Positions 55,901-64,000 of a DNA stretch of 64,000 bases are shown here, in pieces. How positions within the stretch are numbered: the first letter of the stretch is position 1; each line of letters starts with the position of its first letter. A program made the translations under genes and the position numbers. The notes beneath the pieces are model-generated. The model was not told the DNA's origin. It saw only the letters and a program-made list of their open reading frames with translations, and made no database searches. This DNA comes from Chloroflexota bacterium (GTDB lineage: Bacteria > Chloroflexota > Anaerolineae > Anaerolineales > Anaerolineaceae). The stretch lies in NCBI GenBank assembly GCA_021372725.1, contig JAJFTV010000119.1, positions 119-64,118 of the forward strand, given 5' to 3'.

Positions 55901-55931
55901 TTGGACGGATGGTTCGCTTCGCTCACCATGA
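55901..55931 (+). repeat. 31-nt dispersed repeat, copy 2
   Basis: TTGGACGGATGGTTCGCTTCGCTCACCATGA. See 35394-35424. Confidence 0.7.
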
Positions 55932-56222
55932 CACAAGGAGAGATCTGCTCATCTTGTTACCCCGAATAATGTAGATTTATTCAGCTCTTGTGTGGGTGCT
56001 TCGCTGTCGCAAGACAAAGTGGGTTGAGTGATCTTAGTGTGATCATCTTTTGTCTGTGTAATGCTGATTAGGATTTATAATACATCCCGAATAGTTTCCC
56101 GTGAAGTATGTTTCATCAGGGCGATTTCCTGTTCATGCTTTCTGTTTTAGGTTTGATAAAGTACGAGTTGCAGTACTTAATCAATAACCGATGCATAATC
56201 AATCTTTCGAGGAGGCTTTTCG

Positions 56223-57584
56223 ATGGCAGTACAGTTTGAAGGGCAGCGTGCTTACAAACATATTGAAGCACTTTCGGTAGATATTGGCCCGCGAGTAAGC
56301 GGGACTGAGGCAGAAAAGCGGGCGGCAGAGTACGTCAGCCGGCAGCTTGGGGAGATGGGTCTCAAGCCGCAAACCCTGGCTTTTGATTTGCCCAATGAAC
56401 AGGCCAGTTTCTTCAAGTTGGAGGTTCTGGAACCCGAGCAGGGGGAGATCCCTGCACTTCCGCTTGTGGGTACTCCGGATACGCCCCCTGAGGGGATTAA
56501 CGGCGAGGTAGTTTTTGCAGAATTTCCCCAGGAACCCTATGTGGGTCCGCACATCGAAGGAAAGATTGTCTTCCTTGCCAACGGCGGTATCCTGGGTGGT
56601 AATTTGACACAACTGCTGAAGTACAAACCACTCGGGTTGGTTCTGATCGGCCGCACGATGAGCAAGGAACCCAACACCTTCCATGTGATCCGCAAAGAAA
56701 CCAATAAGCCGTTTGAATTGGTCCCCACCCTGCATATTTCGTATGAAAACGGGGTTAAGCTGTGGAACAAACATATCCAGCGTGCCCGTATTACCCTGAA
56801 AACCGAACGAAAACCAGGCCAGTCCTATGCTGTTTTTGCCGAAGTACCGGGTCGCGGGAACCCGGACGAAATCGTGGTCATCGCCGGGCACATGGACAGC
56901 GTCCCGTGCGACCCGGGAGCCACCGACAATGCGGCTGGTGTAGCCACCGTGCTTGAACTGGCGCGAATTTTTGCCCAACGCGGTTCACGCCGCACCTTGC
57001 GTTTCGCCGCCTGGGGCAGCGAAGAAGGAGCCGGCGGTGGTTCGCTCAAATATGTGCTCGAGTTGAAAAAGTTGCATAAAATTCAAAAGCAGGCCCCGGA
57101 TTACATCGAAGGGTACAGTAAAACAGACCTTGAGAAACACATTTTGAACATCAACCTCGACGTACTTGGGATGAGCCTGGGCAGTAATGAGTGCTATATC
57201 CAGGCTTCACCTGCGCTTGAGCAGTATCTCAAGGCTTTGACCTCCGAAATGGGCATCCATCACGTTTTCAAAAAAGAAATATACGGTTCGGATAATATTA
57301 CGTTTGGCTGGGTCGGGGTTCCAGCGGTCTCTTTTGCCCGTGCCGGGGTGGGTACACACTATATGCATACCCCAAAGGATGACATCGAGTTAATCGATCC
57401 CGGCCAGCTTGAGATCATTGGCAAGATGCTGGATGTTTTCATCACCCGCACGGCTGCAGAAGGGATTATCTGGCCGTTTGACCGCAATACGGGTGAAATA
57501 TTCGCTGAACGCGAAGCCGGGATGAAAAAATCAATGAACAGCATCATCAAATTGATTGGCGAAGATACTTCATTGATCGATTAG
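56223..57584 (+). CDS. M28-family metallopeptidase with PA domain (paralog 1)
   Basis: HMDSV..DPGATDNAAG and AAWGSEE metal-ligand motifs. No signal peptide. Confidence 0.85.
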   Translation: MAVQFEGQRAYKHIEALSVDIGPRVSGTEAEKRAAEYVSRQLGEMGLKPQTLAFDLPNEQASFFKLEVLEPEQGEIPALPLVGTPDTPPEGINGEVVFAEFPQEPYVGPHIEGKIVFLANGGILGGNLTQLLKYKPLGLVLIGRTMSKEPNTFHVIRKETNKPFELVPTLHISYENGVKLWNKHIQRARITLKTERKPGQSYAVFAEVPGRGNPDEIVVIAGHMDSVPCDPGATDNAAGVATVLELARIFAQRGSRRTLRFAAWGSEEGAGGGSLKYVLELKKLHKIQKQAPDYIEGYSKTDLEKHILNINLDVLGMSLGSNECYIQASPALEQYLKALTSEMGIHHVFKKEIYGSDNITFGWVGVPAVSFARAGVGTHYMHTPKDDIELIDPGQLEIIGKMLDVFITRTAAEGIIWPFDRNTGEIFAEREAGMKKSMNSIIKLIGEDTSLID

Positions 57585-57615
57585 TTTTTCATAGATCGAT
57601 ATACCAGGAGATACC

Positions 57616-58989
57616 ATGAATCAAGAATTTGATGGTCAGCGTGCATTTCGACATATTGAATACCTGTCCAAAACCATTGGCGCACGTGTGAGCGGGACGC
57701 CGCAGGAAAAACAGGCCGCCGATTATGTCCAGAATGAATTTAAATCGTATGGATTAAAACCGGTTGAACTGGATTTTGACGTGGATAATGATGTCACCAC
57801 GGCATATCAGTTTGAGATTCTTGAACCAGCTTTGGGTGAAATTCCGGCCCTGCCGCTGGCAGGCTCTCCGGATACACCGCCTGAAGGCCTTACCGGTGAG
57901 GTGGTCTTTGTGGAAGCGCTTCAACCCCCTTATGTTGGGCCCCATATCGAAGGCAAGATCGTGATACTGGCCAATGATGGGCTGCTGGGGCGCGAGCTCC
58001 AACCGCTGCTGAAATTCAAACCACTTGCCCTGGTGCACGTGGGGCACACCATGGGGCTGGATCCCAACACCTTCCATGTCATCATGAAAGAAACCAACCA
58101 TCCTTATCAATTGGTGCCCACCTTCCATATCACTTATGACAGTGCGGTGAAGCTGTGGAACGCCGGGGTAAAAAGGGCCCGCTTGACCCTGCAAACCGCT
58201 CGCGGGCGCGGCCAATCGTATGCAGTCTATGCCGATGTGAAAGGCAGCCTTTTCCCCGACGAGATCGTCGTTATTGCCGGGCACATGGACAGTGTGCCCC
58301 GTGATCCCGGCGCCACCGATAATGCTGCCGGTACCGCCACCATGTTGGAGCTGGCCCGTATCTTTTCGCAACGCGGTTCTTTCCGCACGCTGCGTTTTGC
58401 GGCCTGGGGCAGTGAGGAAGGCGGCTTGGTGGGCAGTTTCAAATACGTTCTGGAATTAAAGAAAAGACACCTGCAGGAAAAATCATCCCCCGATTATATA
58501 GAGGGATACAGCAAAACAGAACTCGAACAGCATCTGCTAAACATCAACCTGGATGTGCTGGGGATGAGCATCGGGCATAACGCGTATAACGTAGTCGGCC
58601 CACAGGCCGTCAAGGATTACATCCATGCCCTCACCTGTGAGATGGGCGTACGCCATATTTGTGCTGATGGGCTGTATGGCTCTGACCATCTCAGCTTTGC
58701 CAATGTGGGTGTGCCGGGTGTCTCATTCCAACGGGAAGGTGTCGGAACGCATTACATGCACACTGCCGGCGATACGATCGATTTGATCGACCCGCGGCAA
58801 CTGAAGGTCATCGGTGATTTACAGGACGTGTTGATTAGCCGCACTGCCGCGCAGGGATACGTCTGGCCCTTTGAGCGGAGTGTCCCGACTTTCAGCCCGG
58901 CTCTGCAGGAGCAGCTTGTCAGGCGCATCCGCTATGCAGTCAAATACCTTGGTATGGACCCGGAACTGGCCAAACAGCCTGGGTCGTGA
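57616..58989 (+). CDS. M28-family metallopeptidase with PA domain (paralog 2)
   Basis: Same motifs, collinear with paralog 1 and well over half identical by eye. Confidence 0.85.
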   Translation: MNQEFDGQRAFRHIEYLSKTIGARVSGTPQEKQAADYVQNEFKSYGLKPVELDFDVDNDVTTAYQFEILEPALGEIPALPLAGSPDTPPEGLTGEVVFVEALQPPYVGPHIEGKIVILANDGLLGRELQPLLKFKPLALVHVGHTMGLDPNTFHVIMKETNHPYQLVPTFHITYDSAVKLWNAGVKRARLTLQTARGRGQSYAVYADVKGSLFPDEIVVIAGHMDSVPRDPGATDNAAGTATMLELARIFSQRGSFRTLRFAAWGSEEGGLVGSFKYVLELKKRHLQEKSSPDYIEGYSKTELEQHLLNINLDVLGMSIGHNAYNVVGPQAVKDYIHALTCEMGVRHICADGLYGSDHLSFANVGVPGVSFQREGVGTHYMHTAGDTIDLIDPRQLKVIGDLQDVLISRTAAQGYVWPFERSVPTFSPALQEQLVRRIRYAVKYLGMDPELAKQPGS

Positions 58990-59001
58990 AAATTTATCCG
59001 G

Positions 59002-59877
59002 TTAAGCCTGTGGCAGATCTGCAAATATGGAAAGCGGAGCAAACGCCACGCCGACCATGCTTGGGCCGGTATGTGCGCCCAGAACCAATGACAACTGCCC
59101 CACCGGCAGCCAGGAGCATTTGAAGACCTTTTCAATCTGCTCTCGCAGCATTTCAGCCCCGCTCGGGTTCTGTGCGTGCACTACCTGCACACGTAGCTCA
59201 CTGCCGGGTTCATACTGCCGGCTGATTAAACTGACAATTCCTTTAACCGCATTTTCAAATGAGCGGGCTTGACCCATCTGTACGTATTTACCGGTTTCTT
59301 TATCCACGCCAATCATGGGTCTGATATGCAGCAGGGATGCGATTAACCCTTTCATGTGGCTGATCCGGCCGCCGTGGATGAGATATTTTAAATCGTTGAG
59401 GGTGTAAATACTGTAACTGGCGGCTTTGATCTGTTCAATCAGATCCAGTACCTTTTCTTTTGACCAGCCTGCATTGATTGCCCTGGAGGCTGATTCAACC
59501 ATCCAGCCTGCTGCCGCCGAGAGTGTCTTGGCATCCACCACGGTCACATTGGCTTCAGGGACCATTTTAGTAGCAGCCTGCGCAGCATTCACTGTGCCGC
59601 TTAAGCCGCTGGAAAGATGGATGGAGAGAATGTCTGGGTCAGTTTTAGCCAGTTGATGATAAATTTCAGCAAAATCTCCTGCCGATGGCTGTGAAGTAAC
59701 CGGCATATTTTCGCTTGCGATCAACAAGCTGTAAAATTCGTCTTTTTGGATATCTATATTTTCGCGATATGATTTCCTGTCCAGTGTGACAACCAAAGGA
59801 ACAACATGATAGTTTAGCCCTGCTTTATCTTGCTCTGGCAGAATCACATCAACGCCGCTGTCAGTGACAATTTGCAA
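59002..59877 (-). CDS. DegV-family fatty-acid-binding protein
   Basis: MQIVTDSGVD N-terminus, TSQPS motif, about 290 aa. Confidence 0.85.
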   Translation of the reverse strand: MQIVTDSGVDVILPEQDKAGLNYHVVPLVVTLDRKSYRENIDIQKDEFYSLLIASENMPVTSQPSAGDFAEIYHQLAKTDPDILSIHLSSGLSGTVNAAQAATKMVPEANVTVVDAKTLSAAAGWMVESASRAINAGWSKEKVLDLIEQIKAASYSIYTLNDLKYLIHGGRISHMKGLIASLLHIRPMIGVDKETGKYVQMGQARSFENAVKGIVSLISRQYEPGSELRVQVVHAQNPSGAEMLREQIEKVFKCSWLPVGQLSLVLGAHTGPSMVGVAFAPLSIFADLPQA

Positions 59878-60189
59878 CTTTCACACTCCTTACTTTATTA
59901 ATCAAGGAAACAACCTGGCCTGGATAATCATGAAGAGGGGATTTTTGCATGATGTGGGAAAAATTGCGGCAGAAAACCTTCCGGTGAGACCGAAGCTATC
60001 TCTGATTTGATTTCAATTGGATCGATACAAAATTTTTACGATATGCTTCTGATTATACTTCTACATGAGGGTTTTTTGCCATTTCTACTACGATCTTAAT
60101 AACCTGCGTCATCATACGTTCCGATCACCCAAACGGGTGCCGGCATCGGCATGGGCTTGGGCCGATTTTTCATCATGGATGATCCTTTT

Positions 60190-61845
60190 CTATACGATTT
60201 TGTCGTTGGTGTGGTATTGTGGAACATCGCTGGCGGTAATTTCCATACTGGCAACCCTGTTCCGTCCCGCGTTTTTTGCGAGATACAGGCCTTTGTCGGC
60301 AATCTTGATCAAACCATCAATGGTGATGGCATGAAATGGATATGTGGCTACTCCTGCAGAAAATGTGCTGTTCAAAGTTTCACCCTCATAAATGATGGGG
60401 TTACCTTCAAACTCCTGCCGCCATTCTTCTGCCCGCTTCAAACCTGCTGATAATGTTGCTCCGGGCATCACAACCAGGAACTCCTCCCCGCCAAACCGGC
60501 AAGCGAAATCGCCATGGCGGGTTTTTGTTTTCAGGATTTCAGCCAGATTTTTTAAAATTGCGTCACCTGCCGAATGCCCGTAAGTGTCGTTAAAAATCTT
60601 AAAATTATCCAGATCCAACATAACCAGGCTGATGGATGTATTATCCCTTTGTGCCTGTCCGATCTGCAGGGTAAGTATGTCATCCAGGAATCTTCGATTA
60701 TACAATCCTGTCAGCGGATCACGAATTGCCTGTTCACGAAGTGTTTCCTGGAGTTTATTGATTTTGTCCAGTTGCTGCTGCAGGGTTGTGTTGGCTTGCT
60801 GCAATTGGCTTTCAATGAATTGCTGTTTCGTGATATCCTTGGCTACCAGAACGCGCCCGGTTATTACGTTGTCTTTATCCATTATTGGGATTAATGTAAC
60901 ATCCAGGATCTTATCCTGGCTCTCACCCCAGCTAATTTCTGTCTGGGATGTGGTTAAGAGCTCAGGTTCCAGTAATTGAGCAAATTGGGTGTTCAACAGA
61001 TCGGCGGCAGACATACCGATACATTTCTGGTAAGTGGTATCCACCAGTTGTAAAGCTGATGGGTTGATATCGATGACTCGGTTATTTGGATCCAGTACGA
61101 TCAGATTATCCACCATTTTTTCGAACAAAATATCCCGCGCAATCGGTGCGATATCCAAAAAGCGAAATCGTAAAATGGAAATGGCAATAATGACTCCTGC
61201 CAGACTAAAAGCGATGGGGCTGACATCAATACCGGGGAATGGATTAATTTTTGTGATATACATGAGATTGCCTAACCAGGGTAAAATGGTTGCTGTCAGC
61301 ATGGAAATGGCTTGCCAACGGTAGGTACTTTTTCTTCTCATGATGGTTTGTGCGATCACTAAAGCCCCGATGGCCAAACATAAATACGAATACCCAATGA
61401 CGCCAATCCAAAAAACCGGCCCGTGGCCATACTGGATGATTCTTTCATTTCCGGGATAGGGTGTAAAACTGGTCCATATCAACCCATGATACTGATTGGT
61501 AAATGCAAAAATGAGTGTGATAAAGGGGACGATAAATAATAATGGAATATGGCGGCGGCGCAACCGCTCGATTTCACCGGTATAGGCTAATGCCAATAAC
61601 AGGAAAAGTACCGGACAGGACTGAGAGCCAATATAAGCAAATTGTGAACATAAGATTTTTGAGGGTAAGGTATCCGCATACAATTCAAGTATCACAAACA
61701 AAGACCATTCAGACGCTGCCAGCATAAGGAAGAACAGTGCGAGCCCACCGGGAAACCGCCTTTTGCGCCAAGCAATCAGGGCGATAAACAAGTCAACAAT
61801 CAGTGCAATTTCGAGTAACGCGATGGGAAGTTTAAGATTTTCCAT
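60190..61845 (-). CDS. diguanylate cyclase with N-terminal 7TM sensor module and PAS domain
   Basis: About 7 TM helices (HisKA_7TM-like), a PAS-like segment, a coiled linker, and a GGDEF domain with RFGGEEF and an upstream RxxD-like context. Confidence 0.85.
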   Translation of the reverse strand: MENLKLPIALLEIALIVDLFIALIAWRKRRFPGGLALFFLMLAASEWSLFVILELYADTLPSKILCSQFAYIGSQSCPVLFLLLALAYTGEIERLRRRHIPLLFIVPFITLIFAFTNQYHGLIWTSFTPYPGNERIIQYGHGPVFWIGVIGYSYLCLAIGALVIAQTIMRRKSTYRWQAISMLTATILPWLGNLMYITKINPFPGIDVSPIAFSLAGVIIAISILRFRFLDIAPIARDILFEKMVDNLIVLDPNNRVIDINPSALQLVDTTYQKCIGMSAADLLNTQFAQLLEPELLTTSQTEISWGESQDKILDVTLIPIMDKDNVITGRVLVAKDITKQQFIESQLQQANTTLQQQLDKINKLQETLREQAIRDPLTGLYNRRFLDDILTLQIGQAQRDNTSISLVMLDLDNFKIFNDTYGHSAGDAILKNLAEILKTKTRHGDFACRFGGEEFLVVMPGATLSAGLKRAEEWRQEFEGNPIIYEGETLNSTFSAGVATYPFHAITIDGLIKIADKGLYLAKNAGRNRVASMEITASDVPQYHTNDKIV

Positions 61846-62206
61846 ATTTTTAATCCGTGCTTATCAAATTCCCCCTGTAATAATGAAGAACCGGTGTTTA
61901 TCAAATTTACCGCTTATTATAATGAAGATTCGATAATTTGTGGCCTTCATCGCCTGGATTTAGGCAGGTATTTTTCTTCCGCAGGAAAGATTTGGCAACC
62001 AGGTTTCGGAAGTCATGGAATACCGGGATCGGTTTTTCTGTTTGCAAACGGAACGATCTATCCTCCACGAAAAAAATCCCCCAAAAGACAAATTTCCAGT
62101 ACAATGGTAAAGAAATAAAATGAATCTCAAAAAGGCAATACGATAATATTATCGCCTCGTGATATGCTCGCGATTTTCGAGCAGGAAGCGTAAGGAGAAT
62201 CTTGAT

Positions 62207-62656
62207 ATGGAATTCGAGACCCAGGCGCAGCATGATGTTTACCAGAAAATCGAACCGTGGCTGAAGGAGATGTTTGGGATCTTTTTTCAGAAACGGGAAG
62301 ATGCCCCTTATTTTGGCGTGAATATTGGATCTGCATTCGTGCACGTCGGTGTTCAGCCATGGGGCGCCGATAACGTCACCATAACCTCCCGTGCTTATGT
62401 CGCACTGAATGTGGAGATTCATCCTGATATGCTACTGTTCCTGTTACGCGAAAATGATAAAACGCGTTTCGGGGCATTTGGCCTGGATGAGGATAACGAC
62501 ATCTTCTTCGAACATACCCTGTCCGGTCTGACCTGCGATGTGGATGAGCTGAAGAGTTCCGTGCTGGCTGTTGGACAGGCGGTTGATCAGTATGATGATC
62601 AGATCATATCCCGCTGGGGAGGCGTACCTGCCGTGGAGATGCAGACTGAAGAATAA
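62207..62656 (+). CDS. YbjN-like (T3SS-chaperone-fold) small cytoplasmic protein
   Basis: AAGGAG lies 8 nt before the internal ATG 62207. FGAFGLDEDNDIFFEHTL resembles the YbjN family. Confidence 0.4.
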   Translation: MEFETQAQHDVYQKIEPWLKEMFGIFFQKREDAPYFGVNIGSAFVHVGVQPWGADNVTITSRAYVALNVEIHPDMLLFLLRENDKTRFGAFGLDEDNDIFFEHTLSGLTCDVDELKSSVLAVGQAVDQYDDQIISRWGGVPAVEMQTEE

Positions 62657-62896
62657 TTCGGAGGTTTTTCGCTGATCCCGGATGAATAATATGCCCGGCA
62701 TTAGCGAAACGCTTATCAATTTCCTGCCGCTGTTTCTTTCAATGCCCTGGGAATTCAAACCACTATTAGCGGCTTAATCGAAGGATTGCTGAAGCGACGG
62801 CCTGAAAAGGCTCAATCGATCTGTCCCATGCAGTCGCTCAAATCGGGTTGTTCATCGGGCTGGCTGTAAATTTTTTGTCAAATTTGCAAAATTGGC

Positions 62897-62924
62897 TTGA
62901 CATGATCAAAAATGTATATATACT
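62897..62924 (+). promoter_or_regulatory. candidate promoter TTGACA-16-TATACT
   Basis: -35 at 62897-62902 and -10 at 62919-62924, about 70 nt upstream of the ATG at 62994. Confidence 0.4.
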
Positions 62925-62993
62925 GACATTAATCATTTAGAATCGTGTTCCCTGAAGCACGGATTACTTCAAGGGAGGCTGGTTGGTATTCGT

Positions 62994-64000
62994 ATGAAAA
63001 TGAAAAACGCATTGTGGAATAGTCTCTCATTCCTGGCAATCGTGGGTGTGCTTGCAGTATTGGTTGTGTTTGCAATTATTTTTTTCAACCCTTACTCGCA
63101 GATTAACCCCCTTCCTCCTCCAACGATGCCGGCTGCCCTGTTTATTCCCAGCAACACCCCCACCCAGCCCAGGCTGCCAGTCACCTGGACCCCGGAAGGC
63201 GATAACCAACAGGGAGCCGGTCCCAGCTTAAAACCCAGCTCAACACCGATCGAAACCACCACTGCCCAATATATGATGCCCAGCAGGACACCTACCCCTA
63301 CCATCACCCGCACCCGGACTTCCACTGTCGTGTTGGTTAAAACCACCATATCCTCTTACCGAACTGCAACCAGAACGCCCACCCGGACCCGTACCCCGAC
63401 CCGGACCCGCACCCCTACCAAAAACCTGACTGGCACGGCTTTGGCAGAGTTTGCCACACAGGTCAAACAAACCCAAATTGCCGGAACAGCCACCGCATCC
63501 AGTGTTGCAGCCACACAGACCGTACAGGCTTTACCGCCCAATCCCTCCTCCGCAGTGGAAACAGGGGGTTCCAGTTCCAATGTATGGCAGAGTACAAACT
63601 CGGATCCAGCTTTTACCTGGACGGCGCCTTCTCCTTACGTATCCATGTATTACGTGTATTGGGGCCCAGATCCGAATGGTACCAGTAATACAACGGTTGT
63701 AAGCCCTTCCTATGATCCGCCTGCCGTAACCACGGGTATCTATTACCTGCGTTTGCGGACAGTATTTGTCTGGGCGGCCCGGCCGGATTGGACGACCGTT
63801 TTTATATTCAAGTATGACAATACGATCCCGACTGAACCGACCCATGCCGTGGAAACTCACGCTGTCGAGGATAAAACCTGGCAAAATACTGTTTCGAATC
63901 CTGCTTTCACCTGGGATGCAGCTACCGACGCACACAGCGGCATGGCGGGCTATGATGTGTATTTCGGCCCCACCCTGGAAGCAACGCCGGAAGTGACGCC
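62994..64000 (+). CDS. membrane-anchored surface protein with Thr/Pro/Arg-rich linker (5' part; runs off the window)
   Basis: The frame is open from ATG 62994 to the window end; it is absent from the track because there is no stop. Signal-anchor NALWNSLSFLAIVGVLAVLVVFAIIFF. TRTPTRTRTPTRTRTPT linker. Two W-Q-x-T-x-S-[DN]-P-A-F-T-W modules. Confidence 0.7.
   Translation, partial: MKMKNALWNSLSFLAIVGVLAVLVVFAIIFFNPYSQINPLPPPTMPAALFIPSNTPTQPRLPVTWTPEGDNQQGAGPSLKPSSTPIETTTAQYMMPSRTPTPTITRTRTSTVVLVKTTISSYRTATRTPTRTRTPTRTRTPTKNLTGTALAEFATQVKQTQIAGTATASSVAATQTVQALPPNPSSAVETGGSSSNVWQSTNSDPAFTWTAPSPYVSMYYVYWGPDPNGTSNTTVVSPSYDPPAVTTGIYYLRLRTVFVWAARPDWTTVFIFKYDNTIPTEPTHAVETHAVEDKTWQNTVSNPAFTWDAATDAHSGMAGYDVYFGPTLEATPEVT

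Noticed and set aside
5247-58371. Long antisense or overlapping track ORFs (e.g. 5247..5873, 7044..7667, 18044..18835, 20697..21212, 23334..24122, 25717..26364, 41130..41660, 51600..52388, 54368..55036, 55033..55569, 56199..56978, 57754..58371)
   Set aside because: Each lies opposite or out of frame within a gene that has clear family motifs. Their compositions are Arg/Gly/Pro-skewed, as expected for shadow ORFs in GC-rich coding DNA.
60065-60450. Track ORFs 60065..60334 and 60151..60450 in the DegV-cyclase gap
   Set aside because: They mostly overlap the 3' end of the GGDEF gene on the opposite strand and have no RBS or motifs.
1-64000. Prophage, transposon or defence island (CBASS, RM, TA, retron, etc.)
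   Set aside because: I recognised no integrase, transposase, capsid or terminase gene, restriction or cas gene, reverse transcriptase or classic TA pair. The NTase-fold proteins lack adjacent effector genes.

Overview
This is a 64-kb chromosomal segment with genes on both strands. I can support about 55 protein genes, one tRNA-Lys(CTT) and one short SRP (4.5S-type) RNA. The gene content is mostly housekeeping and transport:
- a lexA-ssb-nadK-recN block;
- a LivKHMGF-type amino-acid importer;
- an Opp/Dpp-type peptide importer with no ATPase genes;
- three GT-C-type membrane glycosyltransferases;
- two deoxynucleoside kinases, spoVS, pcrA, RNase J and DegV;
- tandem M28 peptidases, a GGDEF cyclase and a GAF histidine kinase.

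The Ala/Thr/Glu/Pro-rich lipoprotein linkers, SpoVS and TACAAT-type promoters suggest a Chloroflexota (Anaerolineae-like) organism. That is inference only. I found no transposase, integrase, cas or phage structural genes and no CRISPR array.

The signals most worth a second look:
1. Two dense DnaA-box clusters (26.87-26.97 kb and 28.63-28.99 kb). The second carries a tandem-box plus TAG-trio plus AT-rich module typical of an oriC unwinding region, yet no dnaA or dnaN is in the window.
2. A pair of ~117-nt two-hairpin inverted repeats (40184-40300 and 45365-45482) bracketing a 5.1-kb six-gene cassette.
3. A modular hairpin repeat family (three copies) whose stems are kept by compensatory changes.
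4. A tiny stand-alone unit with a consensus promoter, palindromic operator, 34-aa hydrophobic peptide and intrinsic terminator (17114-17355, minus strand).
5. A low-GC AAA/DUF4143 ATPase gene flanked by 37-nt direct repeats next to tRNA-Lys.
6. A translationally coupled pair: an SBD-less Hsp70-like ATPase and a coiled-coil repeat protein. An unusual 9-bp-periodic CACGAA array lies upstream.

Coordinates of non-coding features were anchored on the ORF track and may be off by 1-2 nt. All family assignments come from motif recognition by eye, not from searches.
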